In this document: positions 8,814 through 18,687 of the stretch, piece after piece
How positions within the stretch are numbered: position 1 is the first letter of the stretch
How the letters are laid out: the number at the start of each line of letters is the position of its first letter
NCBI GenBank assembly: GCA_044344255.1
Contig: JBIJDH010000003.1
Location: 320,001-384,000 of the forward strand
Length of the DNA stretch: 64,000 nt
Direction: 5' to 3'
From: Myxococcota bacterium
GTDB lineage: Bacteria; Myxococcota_A; UBA796; UBA2385
Translations under genes and position numbers: made by a program
The notes under the pieces: model-generated
Told to the model about the DNA's origin: nothing
Database searches by the model: none
Seen by the model: the letters and a program-made list of their open reading frames with translations, nothing else

Positions 8814-10274
8814 ATGCAGTACGGGTTCTTGATCGACCATGACCGCTGCATCGGCTGCCACGCCTGCACGGTGGCCTGCAAGTCCGAGAACAGCGTGCCG
8901 GTGGGTAATTTCCGCACCTGGGTGAAGTACACCGAGGTGGGCGCCTTCCCGAGCGTCAAGCGCAGCTTCGCGGTGCTGCGGTGCAACCACTGCACGAGCG
9001 CGCCCTGCGTGACCATCTGCCCGGTCGGCGCGCTGGAGAAGCGGCCCGACGGCATCGTCGACCTTGACCGCGACGCCTGCTTTGGCTGCCGGGCCTGCAT
9101 GCAGGCTTGCCCCTACGACGCGCTGCACCTGAACGAGGAGCGCGGCGCGGTGGAGAAGTGCCACTTCTGCGCCCACCGGGTGGAGCAGGGCATGGCCCCA
9201 GCCTGCGCGGTGGTCTGCCCCACCGAGGCCATCGTCTATGGCGACCTCCACGACAAGGAGAGCCTCATCGCCCGCCGGGTGTCCGAGGAGGTGACGCTGC
9301 TGCGGCGCATCGAGCAGAAGACGGGCCCCAATGTTCACTATGTGGGTGTGGAGCCGCTCGCGCTGCAGCCGGGTGAGCCCGTTCGCCTGGACACCTACCT
9401 GTGGAGCGAGCGCCGGCCCACGAAGCCCGAGCCCTGGCCCCACGACGTGGCCACGGTGGAGGGGACCCGCACGGTGCTCGACGTGGGGCACAAGGTGGAG
9501 TGGGGCTGGGGAGTGGCCATCTACCTCGTCACCAAGGGCCTCGCGGCCGGCGCGGGCATGCTCGCCCCCTTCGTGCCCTGGCTCGGCCTATCGGCGGTGG
9601 GCTCGAATTACGCGCCGGAGCTCCTGTCCCTCGTGTTCACCGGCCTCACCACCGCCCTGCTCGTGGCGGACCTCACGCGCCCCTGGGCCTTCCTCCGGCT
9701 CCTCACCCGCCCGAACACGAAGAGCTGGCTCGTGAAGGGGGCTTGGTTCCTCATCGCCGCCTCGGTCGTCGCCGCCCTCAGCCTGGGCCTCCGCCTCGCC
9801 GGGCTGGCCGGCGCCTCCGACACGCTGCGCTGGTTGCTGGCCCCCCTGAGCGCGGGGGTCGCCGGATACACGGCCTTCCTCTTCGCCCAATGTGAGGGCC
9901 GAGACCTCTGGCAAGACCGGGGCACGCTGCTCCACCTGCTGCTCCAGGCCCTCGCGCTGGGCGCCGCAGGGCTGCTCCCCTTCGCGGGGCGAGAGAGCCC
10001 GCTCCGGAGCCTGCTGCTGGTGGGGGCCCTCGGCTTCATCGTGGCGACGATGCACCTCGTCCGCAAGGCGCACCCCACCGCCAACGCGCGGCAGGCGGTG
10101 GGCTTCTTGAAGGGGCTCAAGGTGGGCGGGGTGCCGGCGGTGCCGCTGGCGCTCGTCCTCGTGGGCGTGGCGACCGTGCTCCCCGCCGGCCTGTCGGTGG
10201 CCACCTTGATGGCGGGCCTCCTCGTCTATGAGTTCTCGTTCGTGCGGGCCGGGCAGCTCCCGCCCCTCTCGTGA
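8814..10274 (+). CDS. Fusion of a four-cluster 4Fe-4S protein (NrfC/PsrB/DmsB type) and an NrfD/PsrC membrane subunit
   Basis: CIGCHACTVAC, CNHCTSAPCVTICP, CFGCRACMQACP, KCHFC...PACAVVCP, then WGWGVAIYL, LVADLTRP and SWLVKGAW with multiple TM helices. Confidence 0.92.
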   Translation: MQYGFLIDHDRCIGCHACTVACKSENSVPVGNFRTWVKYTEVGAFPSVKRSFAVLRCNHCTSAPCVTICPVGALEKRPDGIVDLDRDACFGCRACMQACPYDALHLNEERGAVEKCHFCAHRVEQGMAPACAVVCPTEAIVYGDLHDKESLIARRVSEEVTLLRRIEQKTGPNVHYVGVEPLALQPGEPVRLDTYLWSERRPTKPEPWPHDVATVEGTRTVLDVGHKVEWGWGVAIYLVTKGLAAGAGMLAPFVPWLGLSAVGSNYAPELLSLVFTGLTTALLVADLTRPWAFLRLLTRPNTKSWLVKGAWFLIAASVVAALSLGLRLAGLAGASDTLRWLLAPLSAGVAGYTAFLFAQCEGRDLWQDRGTLLHLLLQALALGAAGLLPFAGRESPLRSLLLVGALGFIVATMHLVRKAHPTANARQAVGFLKGLKVGGVPAVPLALVLVGVATVLPAGLSVATLMAGLLVYEFSFVRAGQLPPLS

Positions 10275-10325
10275 TCATCTGCCTCGATCCTACCCTCTGC
10301 TGCCGCGCCGCCCCCGGGAGTGGCC

Positions 10326-13160
10326 ATGGCTCGTGAACACATGGCACGTGAATATTCTGAGATGAAGGTGACCCCGCTCGAGCACTTCCCGCCGCCCGAC
10401 CGCTGGGACGACTGGACCGAGCTCGATCCCACCGCCTGGCCGAAGCGGGTCGAGAAGCGGTATGTGCTGGTGCCCACCACCTGCTTCAATTGTGAGGCGG
10501 CCTGCGGGCTCGTCGCCTATGTCGACAAGGAGACCACGCGCATCAAGAAGCTGGAGGGCAATCCCTATCACCCCGCCTCTCGCGGGCGGAACTGCGCCAA
10601 GGGGCCGGCCACCCTCAATCAGATCGACGACCCCGAGCGCATCCTCACCCCGATGCGGCGAGAGGGCCCGCGCGGGAGCGGCCGATACGTGCCCGCGACC
10701 TGGGATGAGGCCCTCGACGCTATCGCGGCGCCGATCCGGCGGGCCCTGCTCGAGGGCCGAAAGAACGAGGTGATGTACCACGTCGGCCGCCCCGGTCACG
10801 ATGGCTTTATGGACCGCGTGCTCCAGGCCTGGGGGATCGACGGCCATAATTCTCATACGAACGTCTGTTCGGGGGCCGCCCGCCTGGGCTACGCGCTCTG
10901 GCAGGGCTCTGACCGCCCCTCGCCGGACCACGCCAACGCCAAGTTCCTGCTGCTCCTCTCGTCGCACTTGGAGACGGGCCACTACTTCAACCCGCACGCC
11001 CAGCGGATCATCGAGGGCAAGATGGCGGGGGCGAAGATCTGCGTGGTCGACGTGCGTCTGTCGAACACCGCCTCCCGCGCCGACTGGTGGCTGGCCCCCT
11101 GGCCGGGCACCGAGCCCACGATGCTGCTCGCCATGGCGCGGGTGATCCTCGAGGAGGGCCTCTACGACCGGGAATTCCTCCACACCTGGACCAACTGGCG
11201 GGACTGGCTCCTCCACCTCGACCCCGCCGCTCGCCCTGACTTCGAGCCCCTTGACTTCGAGCGCTTCCTCGCCGCGCTCAAGGCCCAATACAGCCGCTAT
11301 ACCCCCGAGTATGCCGCCCTGGAGTGTAAGGTCTCCGCCGAGGCGCTGGTGGCGGTGGCGCGGGAGATCGGCAAGGCGGGCTCGGCCTTCGCCGCCCATG
11401 TCTGGCGGAACGCGGCCAGCGGGAACCTCGGCGGCTGGCAGGTGGCCCGCTGCCTCGTGCTCCTCTCTACGCTCGTCGGCGCGATCGGCACCGAGGGCGG
11501 CACCAACCCCGCCTCCTCCGACAAGTTCGTGCCCGCGCCCTTCCTGAAGCCGCCGCCCCAGGACATCTGGAACGAGCTCTCCTGGCCCCGCGAGTACCCG
11601 CTCGCCCACCACGAGATGAGCTTCCTCCTGCCTCATTTCATGCTCGAGGGGAGGGGCAAGCTGGCCGCGTATTTTACGCGGGTCTACAATCCGGTCTGGA
11701 CCAACCCGGACGGGCTCCTCTGGGAGAAGGTGCTCCAGGACGAGTCCCTGGTCGGCCTCCACGTCGCGCTGACCCCCACCTGGAGCGAGACGGCGCAGTA
11801 CGCGGACTGGGTGCTGCCGGTGGGCCTCGGCGCCGAGCGACACGATCTGCAGAGCCAGGAGACCCACTCCGCCCGCTGGATCGCCTTTCGACAGCCGGTG
11901 CAACGGGTCGCCCTCGCGCGGATGGGCCGGCCGGTGAAGCTCACCCGCGAGGCCAACATCGGGGAGGTGTGGGAGGAGGACGAGCTGTGGACGGCTCTCT
12001 CCTGGAAGATCGATCCCGACGGGGCCCTCGGCGTCCGCAAGTGGTTCGAGTCACCCTATCGGCCGGGCGAGCCCGTCACGGTCGATGAATATTATCAGTG
12101 GATCTTCGAGCGCTCCGTGCCCGGCCTCCCCGCCGCCGCGGCCGCCGTGGGCATGGCGCCGCTCGAGTATATGCGGCGCCACGGCGCCTTCCTCGTCGAG
12201 GCCGAGACCTACGCCGCCCATATGAAGGCGCTCGGGGAGGCCGAGCTCGCGGCCGCCACCGTGGATGAGGCCCGCGGCGAGGTGCGCCAGGGCGAGCGGG
12301 TGGTGGGCGTCATCGACGGCGGCACGCCGCGGGTGGGCTTCGCCACGCCCTCCCGACGCCTCGAGCTCTGGAGCCCCACCCTCCACACCTGGAAGTGGCC
12401 CGAGCACGCGCTGCCCGGCGCCATCGAGACCCACGTACACTGGCGCCACTGCGACCCCGACCAGGGGCGCTTCGTGCTCGTCCCCACCTTTCGACTCCCG
12501 ACGTTGATCCACACCCGGTCCGCCAATTCAAAGTGGCTGATGGAGCTGTCGAACACGAACCCGGTCTGGATCTCGATCGAGGACGCGGCGAAGATCGGCG
12601 TCGAGACGGGTGACCTCATCCGCGTCGAGACGCGGATCGGTCACTTCGTGAACAAGGCCTGGGTGACCGAGGGGGTGCGGCCCGGGGTCCTCGCCTGCTC
12701 CCACCACCTCGGCCGCTGGCGGCTCCAGCCCGAGCTCGGCACCAACCGCATCTCGAGCGCCCTGGTCGAGCGGCAGGAGGTGGGCGGCGGCCGGGTGCGC
12801 TTCCGGCGCGTCGAGGGCATCCGACCCTTCAAGAGCGCCGATCCCGACACCCAGAAGATCTGGTGGACGGACGGCGGCGTGCACCAGAACCTCACCTTCC
12901 CCGTGCAGCCCGATCCCGTCTCCGGCATGCACTGCTGGCACCAGCTCGTGACCGCCCGCCCCGCCGGCCCGGGTGACCAGTACGGTGACGTGGAGGTCGA
13001 TCCCGCGCGCTCGATGGAGGTCTATCGAGAGTGGCTGGCCCTCACCCGCCCGGCCCCCGGCCCCGGCGGCCTCCGTCGCCCTCTGTGGCTGGCCCGGGCG
13101 GTCAAGCCCTCGGTCGCCGCCTATCAATGCCCGCCACTCGACCCCCCGAGGGCCCGATGA
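10326..13160 (+). CDS. Mo/W-bisPGD oxidoreductase catalytic subunit (DMSO reductase superfamily, PsrA-related), no Tat signal
   Basis: FS0 motif CFNCEAAC...RNCAKG, putative Mo ligand in NSHTNVCS, SETAQYADWVLP and a C-terminal molydop-binding domain (IHTRSAN, GDLIRV). Confidence 0.92.
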   Translation: MAREHMAREYSEMKVTPLEHFPPPDRWDDWTELDPTAWPKRVEKRYVLVPTTCFNCEAACGLVAYVDKETTRIKKLEGNPYHPASRGRNCAKGPATLNQIDDPERILTPMRREGPRGSGRYVPATWDEALDAIAAPIRRALLEGRKNEVMYHVGRPGHDGFMDRVLQAWGIDGHNSHTNVCSGAARLGYALWQGSDRPSPDHANAKFLLLLSSHLETGHYFNPHAQRIIEGKMAGAKICVVDVRLSNTASRADWWLAPWPGTEPTMLLAMARVILEEGLYDREFLHTWTNWRDWLLHLDPAARPDFEPLDFERFLAALKAQYSRYTPEYAALECKVSAEALVAVAREIGKAGSAFAAHVWRNAASGNLGGWQVARCLVLLSTLVGAIGTEGGTNPASSDKFVPAPFLKPPPQDIWNELSWPREYPLAHHEMSFLLPHFMLEGRGKLAAYFTRVYNPVWTNPDGLLWEKVLQDESLVGLHVALTPTWSETAQYADWVLPVGLGAERHDLQSQETHSARWIAFRQPVQRVALARMGRPVKLTREANIGEVWEEDELWTALSWKIDPDGALGVRKWFESPYRPGEPVTVDEYYQWIFERSVPGLPAAAAAVGMAPLEYMRRHGAFLVEAETYAAHMKALGEAELAAATVDEARGEVRQGERVVGVIDGGTPRVGFATPSRRLELWSPTLHTWKWPEHALPGAIETHVHWRHCDPDQGRFVLVPTFRLPTLIHTRSANSKWLMELSNTNPVWISIEDAAKIGVETGDLIRVETRIGHFVNKAWVTEGVRPGVLACSHHLGRWRLQPELGTNRISSALVERQEVGGGRVRFRRVEGIRPFKSADPDTQKIWWTDGGVHQNLTFPVQPDPVSGMHCWHQLVTARPAGPGDQYGDVEVDPARSMEVYREWLALTRPAPGPGGLRRPLWLARAVKPSVAAYQCPPLDPPRAR

Positions 13161-14056
13161 CCTCCGTCGAACCCGCCGATGGCGTGACGCTCCCCCCAAA
13201 GCCCGGGGCCGCCGAGGCCGCCCGCCTGCGGCAGCTCATGGGGCCCCTCATCCCGATCAGCCGCCCGGTCTTCCTCGGCGATGAGCACGTGCCCGCCGAG
13301 GGGCCGGCGCTCTTCGTGGGGAACCACACGCTGTATGGGATCATCGACTCTCCCCACCTCCTGCTCCACCTCCACGACCGCCACGGGCGCTTCCCCCGCA
13401 CCCTCGGCCACCACGAGCACTTCTCCATCCCGGCCTGGTCGAAGCTGGTCGAGGTGTTCGGCACGGTGGACGGCACCCGGGAGAACTGCGCCGCCCTCTT
13501 CCTCGCCGGGGAGTCGGTGCTCGTCTTTCCGGGGGGCTCGCGAGAGGCCTTCAAGCGAAAGGGAGAGGATTATTCACTCCAGTGGGGAGACCGCCTCGGC
13601 TTCGCGCGGATGGCGCTGCGCCACGGCGTGCCGATCGTGCCCTTCGCCGCCCTCGGGGCCGACGAGGTCTGGAAGATCATCAAGGACGGCCCCGAGCTGC
13701 TCGACTCCCCCTTCCTCGGCGCCTTCCTCAAGGGCCTGCGGGTCCCCGAAGACATCGTGCCGCCGATCTCGCGGGGCCGCGGCTTCCTCGGCACCCCCAA
13801 GCTCGAGCGGCTGTACTTCACCTTCGGGCCCCCGGTTGACACCCGCGCCTTCGGCGGCCGAGAGGACGACGAGGCGGCCCGGGCCGTGCGCGAGCAGGTC
13901 GAGGCCCGCATCCTCGCCGGCCTCGAGCAGCTCAAGGCTCACCGCGCCGAGGACGCCGATCGCCGTCTCTCCGACGTGCTCATCCGCTGGGTGGTGCCGC
14001 GGGTGCTGGGGCGGATCCCCGGGCTTCACAAGGACGGACAGAAGAAGGTGCCCTGA
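13157..14056 (+). CDS. Lysophospholipid/diacylglycerol acyltransferase family protein
   Basis: NHTLYGIID (HX4-5D), VFPGGSRE, GFARMALRHGVPIVP. ATGA overlap with the upstream stop. Confidence 0.9.
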   Translation: MTSVEPADGVTLPPKPGAAEAARLRQLMGPLIPISRPVFLGDEHVPAEGPALFVGNHTLYGIIDSPHLLLHLHDRHGRFPRTLGHHEHFSIPAWSKLVEVFGTVDGTRENCAALFLAGESVLVFPGGSREAFKRKGEDYSLQWGDRLGFARMALRHGVPIVPFAALGADEVWKIIKDGPELLDSPFLGAFLKGLRVPEDIVPPISRGRGFLGTPKLERLYFTFGPPVDTRAFGGREDDEAARAVREQVEARILAGLEQLKAHRAEDADRRLSDVLIRWVVPRVLGRIPGLHKDGQKKVP

Positions 14057-14112
14057 GCCCGCCGATGGAGGCCTTTGGGGCCGCCACGCCCGGGCTCAGA
14101 AGTCAATGGTTC

Positions 14113-14925
14113 TCAATAGTCGAGGCTGACGCCTAAGGCGTATTCCTGTGAACAGTCGGCGCCGTGGATAGAGGAGAGCTCGACCACCCACTCGCCGCCG
14201 TCCTCCTGGCCGACGGTGTCGCCGAACTCGGCGGTGAGCTCACCGGTGCCCGACTCCTGGAACACGATGCTCGTCGTGCCATCGACCGTGTGGGAGACGG
14301 TCAAGAGCTGCTCACCGGCGCCCGGGAGCTCGCTCACGGTGATGACCAGCGAGAGAGTGGGCCACCAGCCCTCGCTGAAGTCAAAGCCGAAGCGGTCGAT
14401 GTCGTCGTCGTTGGTGAGGGCCGCGCGTACCGTGACCGTGTCGCCCATCTCGAGCGTGCCGAGGTCATAGCCGGCCTCGTTCGGCTCGGTGTCGTCGTCG
14501 GTGACCGCGTCCTCGTCGAGGGTGCCGTCGCAGTCCTGGTCGAGGCCGTCACAGGCGTCGGGGGCGCCGGGGAAGACGCTCGGGTCGGCGTCGTCGCAGT
14601 CTCCTTCGTACTCGTTCACCCCGTCGCCGTCGTTGTCCTCGGCGTCCGGGTCTCCGCCGCCGTCGGTGCCGCCGCCGTCCGTCGCTCCGTCTGTGCCGCC
14701 GTCCCCCCCGGTCCCCTCGTCCCCTCCACTCCCGTCCTCGTCGGCGCCGGCGTCGTCGCCCCCGGCAGCGGCGGTGTCGGTGTCATCGGTGACCTTGGTG
14801 CCGGCCGAGAAGTCGCAGCCCAGAAGGACGAGCAGGGACAGGGCCAGCCCGCCCGGGAGGTGCCGGACAGGGGAGGGGAGCCTCGCGCGGGAGGTGGAGC
14901 GGGAGGCGGGCGAGGTGGGGCGCAT
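14113..14925 (-). CDS. Lipoprotein with MopE-like putative metal-binding motif and a PPC-like beta domain
   Basis: LLGC lipobox, Asp/Gly linker, DNDGDG...DCDDADPSVFPGAPDACDGLDQDCDG, then EPN...DIDRF. Confidence 0.8.
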   Translation of the reverse strand: MRPTSPASRSTSRARLPSPVRHLPGGLALSLLVLLGCDFSAGTKVTDDTDTAAAGGDDAGADEDGSGGDEGTGGDGGTDGATDGGGTDGGGDPDAEDNDGDGVNEYEGDCDDADPSVFPGAPDACDGLDQDCDGTLDEDAVTDDDTEPNEAGYDLGTLEMGDTVTVRAALTNDDDIDRFGFDFSEGWWPTLSLVITVSELPGAGEQLLTVSHTVDGTTSIVFQESGTGELTAEFGDTVGQEDGGEWVVELSSIHGADCSQEYALGVSLDY

Positions 14926-14996
14926 GGGATCGTGTATCGTCGCCCCATGCGCGCGACGAACCCCCCGTTGAGCTCCCCCCGTGCCCGGGCGGCGGC

Positions 14997-16820
14997 GTGA
15001 TCCCCATCGGCCTCTTGCTGCTCGCGGCCGGGATCGTCGCCGCGGGCGCCCCGTGGTGGGTGCAGGGCGTGGTGGTGCTCCCGGCGATCCTCTGGGCGCC
15101 GGGCGTGGGCTGGGCCCGCTGGCTCAACCGTGCCGCGCCGCCCGGCGGGCTCCAGCTCGTCCTCGACGCCGCCTGGGTGGGCCTCGGCCTCGCCTGGTGT
15201 GACGTCGCCCTGCTGCGAGAGCTCGGGCTGCCGCCGCAGGGCCTCTGGGCGCTCTCGGCTGGCTGGTGCCTGCTCGGCCTCTGGGCGGGCCGCCGCACGC
15301 CGGCCCGGCTGCACACCCCGGCGCGGGAGCTCGGCGGCGCCGCGGCCGTGGTGCTGGCGGTGCTGGCCGTGGCCGCCTGGCGCTCGGCCGACATCGCGCG
15401 CCCCCTCGACGGCTACTGGTGGCTCACCGGGGCCGACGAGGAGGGCCACGAGCGGCTCTCCATCGAGCCCGGCGCCGGCTGGGCGGAGGTGACGGGCGTG
15501 GGCTGGGAGGAGGCCGGCGCCCTCCGCCTTCGGCCCGAGCGGTCGGAGCTCAGCCTCCGCTCCCCCGAGGGCGCAGAAGGGAGGCTCGTCGTCGCGGTGC
15601 GGGGGCCCGTGGGGGTCGCGCTGTCCGCCGGTGGGCAGCGCGCCGAGGTGGAGCGCTCGGTGGCGGAGGCGCCCGAGGAGGGGCCGGTGCGCCGGTACCT
15701 CACCCGCGGCACGGCCGGGCTGGCCCTCGACGTCGACCTGCCGCCGGGCGGGAGCCTGCCCCTCACCCTCGAGGGCCCGGCGTCGGAGGTGGTGGTCTAT
15801 GTGTTGCCCTCCACCGACGCCGTCTGGTCGTTGCACGCGGCGGGGGAGCTCCGGTACGCGCACTATTACCAGCTCCTCAATCAGGTCGAGAACCTGGACT
15901 GGGCCGAGGAGATCTGGGGCCCGCGCCGCTTCGTGTGGAACCAGCCCCCCGGCTGGACCCCGATCCTCGGCGTGGCCTACGCGCTCATCAACCCGGACAT
16001 GCCTGGCGGCAACATCCTCTTCTTGTGGGTCCTGCTGCTCGTGGGCCTTTCCTCGGTGCGCCTCGCCTCCGCCCTCGCGCCCGGCGCCGCCCACCCCGCC
16101 TGGCTCATCCCCGCCGGGATGGTGGGAGCCCATGGCCTCCTGATGCTGGAGCCGGCGAGCGCCAACTTCCCCGACAGCCTCTTCGCCGCCAGCGTGCTCG
16201 GGGTCGCGGGCGCGCTCGCCGCCGGTCGCGCCCGGGCCACCCCCGCCTTCGGCCTCGCCGCGCAGGCCCTGCGCTGGCCGGGTGGCGTGTTGGCGAGCCT
16301 CCTGGCCTTGTCCTGGGGGCTCGCGCATCGGGTCTCTCCGCTCCCGGGGCTCCGCCGCCTGTGGGTGGGCCTGCTCGCCGGAGTGGGGATCGCTGCGCTG
16401 CTCGTCTATCTGGGAGAGGCGGAAGACCTCGCCTTTATCCTTTACTTCGAGACCTTCCCCGAGCATTGGCACGACGACTACGCCCTCGGCTCGCTGCTCC
16501 CGCGCATCCCCGAGTTCTACGGGGCGTGGGCGCGGTACACGGGGGGAGGCCTCCTGCTCGTCGTCGTCGGGGCGCTCTTCGGAGCGGCGGGCCCCGTCCG
16601 CACCGCGCTGCGCGCCCTGTTCGTGCCGATCCTGGCTTACAGCGCCATATTGTCCACCGTCGACCACAGCCCCAGCCACTACTTCTTGCCGCTCGTGGGC
16701 ATGACGGGCCCGCTCGTGGTCGCAGCCTCGGCCACGCGGGCCTCACCGGTCTGGCGCTGGGGGTTGTCCATAGCTTGCCTCCTCGGCCTGTGGATATTCC
16801 TATGGACGGGTCAGATCTGA
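14997..16820 (+). CDS. Polytopic membrane protein, probable GT-C fold glycosyltransferase with a soluble insert
   Basis: More than 12 hydrophobic segments, NQPPGW (PP motif) after a large loop, FPDS and HYFLP. Confidence 0.65.
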   Translation: MIPIGLLLLAAGIVAAGAPWWVQGVVVLPAILWAPGVGWARWLNRAAPPGGLQLVLDAAWVGLGLAWCDVALLRELGLPPQGLWALSAGWCLLGLWAGRRTPARLHTPARELGGAAAVVLAVLAVAAWRSADIARPLDGYWWLTGADEEGHERLSIEPGAGWAEVTGVGWEEAGALRLRPERSELSLRSPEGAEGRLVVAVRGPVGVALSAGGQRAEVERSVAEAPEEGPVRRYLTRGTAGLALDVDLPPGGSLPLTLEGPASEVVVYVLPSTDAVWSLHAAGELRYAHYYQLLNQVENLDWAEEIWGPRRFVWNQPPGWTPILGVAYALINPDMPGGNILFLWVLLLVGLSSVRLASALAPGAAHPAWLIPAGMVGAHGLLMLEPASANFPDSLFAASVLGVAGALAAGRARATPAFGLAAQALRWPGGVLASLLALSWGLAHRVSPLPGLRRLWVGLLAGVGIAALLVYLGEAEDLAFILYFETFPEHWHDDYALGSLLPRIPEFYGAWARYTGGGLLLVVVGALFGAAGPVRTALRALFVPILAYSAILSTVDHSPSHYFLPLVGMTGPLVVAASATRASPVWRWGLSIACLLGLWIFLWTGQI

Positions 16821-16840
16821 GCCCAATTTCGGGAGAGTGT

Positions 16841-18349
16841 ATGGTTGAAGCCCACTCTGGCGGCTTGGGAAAGGTCGATCCCAACCCCCCCAGCCCGCCC
16901 ACGCCGCCGATGGGCGGAGAGTTATCCATAGGTTGGGCCCGCCTCCTGGGGATGACCCTGGGGATGATCGTGTGGACGGGGGGCAGCCTGTGGTGGCTGG
17001 ATCTCGACCGGCTGCTGCGAGACGGAGACGAGGAGGGGCATGTGGGGGCGGCCGAGCTCTTCCGCCTCGCCCTGCGGGAGGGCCGCTGGCTCGACGTGCT
17101 GCACGACGTCTGGCGGGGAGACCTCGGGGAGTATCCCCCGCTGTTTCCTGCGATCGTCGGCGTTTGGTGGTGGATCGTCGGGGAGGGGCAGCCCGACGCG
17201 GTGGCGGTCCGGGCGGTCTGCCTCGGGAGCCTGATCCTGACCGCCGTCTGCACCGCCGCCGCGGCGGCGCGGCTGCTCGGACGTGAGGGCGGGCCTGCCC
17301 GAGCGCTCGCCCTGTTCGCCACCCTCACGCTGCCGCTCTCGAACGGGGTCACGCGGCACTTCATGCCCGAGGGCCTCGTGATGGGCCTCACCGCCCTCTC
17401 CGTGCTCGCCGGGCTCCGCGCCGTGGCGCGGCCCTCGGCGGTGGCGCTCGGCCTCTGGGGGCTCTCGCTCGGGCTCGGGCTGCTCGCCAAGCAGACCTTC
17501 GCCCTCTACGCCCTCGGGCCAGCCCTCTGGGTGGCGTTCCGCCTCGGTCGCAGGGCCGTGCCGGGCCTGCTCATCGTTGGCCTCGTGGCCGGGCCCTGGT
17601 ACCTCGACCACCTCGAGCCGCAGCTCCGCTACGGCGAGGCCGCTGCGCAGAGCGGCCAAGGGGGCCTCGGCGCCAGCCTCTGGGCGCAGCTCCGCTATTA
17701 CCCGGTGGTCCTCGGCCTCGAGGGCCTGGGCCCAGCGCTCTCCCTGGGGGCGCTCATCGCGCTCGGCTTCGGCTGGCGCGATCGTGTGGCCCGCCCCGCG
17801 ATCCGCCTCGGCGCCCTCTGGGTGGGGGTGCCGCTGCTGCTCTTGCTCCTCATCCCGAAGAAGTACCCGCGGCTCGTCGTGCCCCTCGTCCCCGGCGCCG
17901 CGCTGGTGCTCGCGGCGGGCCTCCACCGGCGGCCTGCGCTCGGGGGGGCGCTGATCGCAGGCGCGGCCTTCTGGACGATCCGAGCCTCCGTGACCGAGCT
18001 TCCCACCCCCGCGGTGTACGGCGAGATCGATCCCCGCTGCCCCCAGCGCTGGCTGCGCCCCGCTGTGGATGACGATCTCGGCCTGTCCCGAGTGGCCGCG
18101 GCCCTCCGCGCGGCGCCGCCGGGGCCGGTGGTGGTGCTCGCGGGGCCCGAGATCCCTTGCGTGCTCCAGACCACCCCGCCCTGGATCGATCACCTCGCGC
18201 CCTACCTCCGCCGCGAGGGCCTGGAGCGCGATGTCCTCGACTCCCCCCGTGGGGACGCGGCCCTCACCATCGACTGGGGCTGCCCCGCCGGCGCGGGGAG
18301 GGTCGAGGTTGAGCCCCTGGCGGGTGGCTTCTGCCTCCGCGCGCGTTGA
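16841..18349 (+). CDS. ArnT/PMT-like (GT39/GT83) glycosyltransferase
   Basis: DGDEEGH in loop 1, YPPLF, RHFMPEG, LLAKQTF, GPWY, KKYPR. The start may instead be 16910. Confidence 0.82.
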   Translation: MVEAHSGGLGKVDPNPPSPPTPPMGGELSIGWARLLGMTLGMIVWTGGSLWWLDLDRLLRDGDEEGHVGAAELFRLALREGRWLDVLHDVWRGDLGEYPPLFPAIVGVWWWIVGEGQPDAVAVRAVCLGSLILTAVCTAAAAARLLGREGGPARALALFATLTLPLSNGVTRHFMPEGLVMGLTALSVLAGLRAVARPSAVALGLWGLSLGLGLLAKQTFALYALGPALWVAFRLGRRAVPGLLIVGLVAGPWYLDHLEPQLRYGEAAAQSGQGGLGASLWAQLRYYPVVLGLEGLGPALSLGALIALGFGWRDRVARPAIRLGALWVGVPLLLLLLIPKKYPRLVVPLVPGAALVLAAGLHRRPALGGALIAGAAFWTIRASVTELPTPAVYGEIDPRCPQRWLRPAVDDDLGLSRVAAALRAAPPGPVVVLAGPEIPCVLQTTPPWIDHLAPYLRREGLERDVLDSPRGDAALTIDWGCPAGAGRVEVEPLAGGFCLRAR

Positions 18350-18407
18350 GCCGCGGCAGGATAGCGCTCGGAGTGGGCCGTGGTAAACTCACCGCAGGAG
18401 CAACACC

Positions 18408-18608
18408 ATGTCTGACCGGCCGACCGACGAGGTCATCAACCAGATCCCGAACGAGCGTCGTGGCCTCATGCGCGAGTTCGCAGACTTCATCGTCTACAAC
18501 AAGGCGTGGTGGATGACCCCCATCATCGTCGTGTTGGTGCTGATGGTCGCCTTCATCCTCTTCGCCGAGAGCTCGCCGGTGCTGCCCTTCATCTACACGG
18601 TGATTTGA
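18408..18608 (+). CDS. SxtK-like (DUF5989) small membrane protein
   Basis: EFADFIVYNKAWWMTPII...SSPVLPFIYTVI matches the KxWWLxP...PFIYT family pattern. AGGAG RBS upstream. Confidence 0.85.
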   Translation: MSDRPTDEVINQIPNERRGLMREFADFIVYNKAWWMTPIIVVLVLMVAFILFAESSPVLPFIYTVI

Positions 18609-18652
18609 AGCTGGGCGCTGCGATGTGAGGCCCTGCCCAGGTGGCGGCCGCT

Positions 18653-18675
18653 CACCCCGAGGCGCGCTCGGGGTG
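18653..18675. terminator. GC-rich hairpin between convergent genes
   Basis: CACCCCGAG-gcgcg-CTCGGGGTG, a 9-bp perfect stem with no U-tract. Confidence 0.5.
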
Positions 18676-18687
18676 GGGGCCTGTGCG

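Noticed and set aside
15266..18349. 1027-aa ORF
   Set aside because: The first half is an off-frame shadow of the 14997..16820 gene. Only 16841 onward looks like protein.
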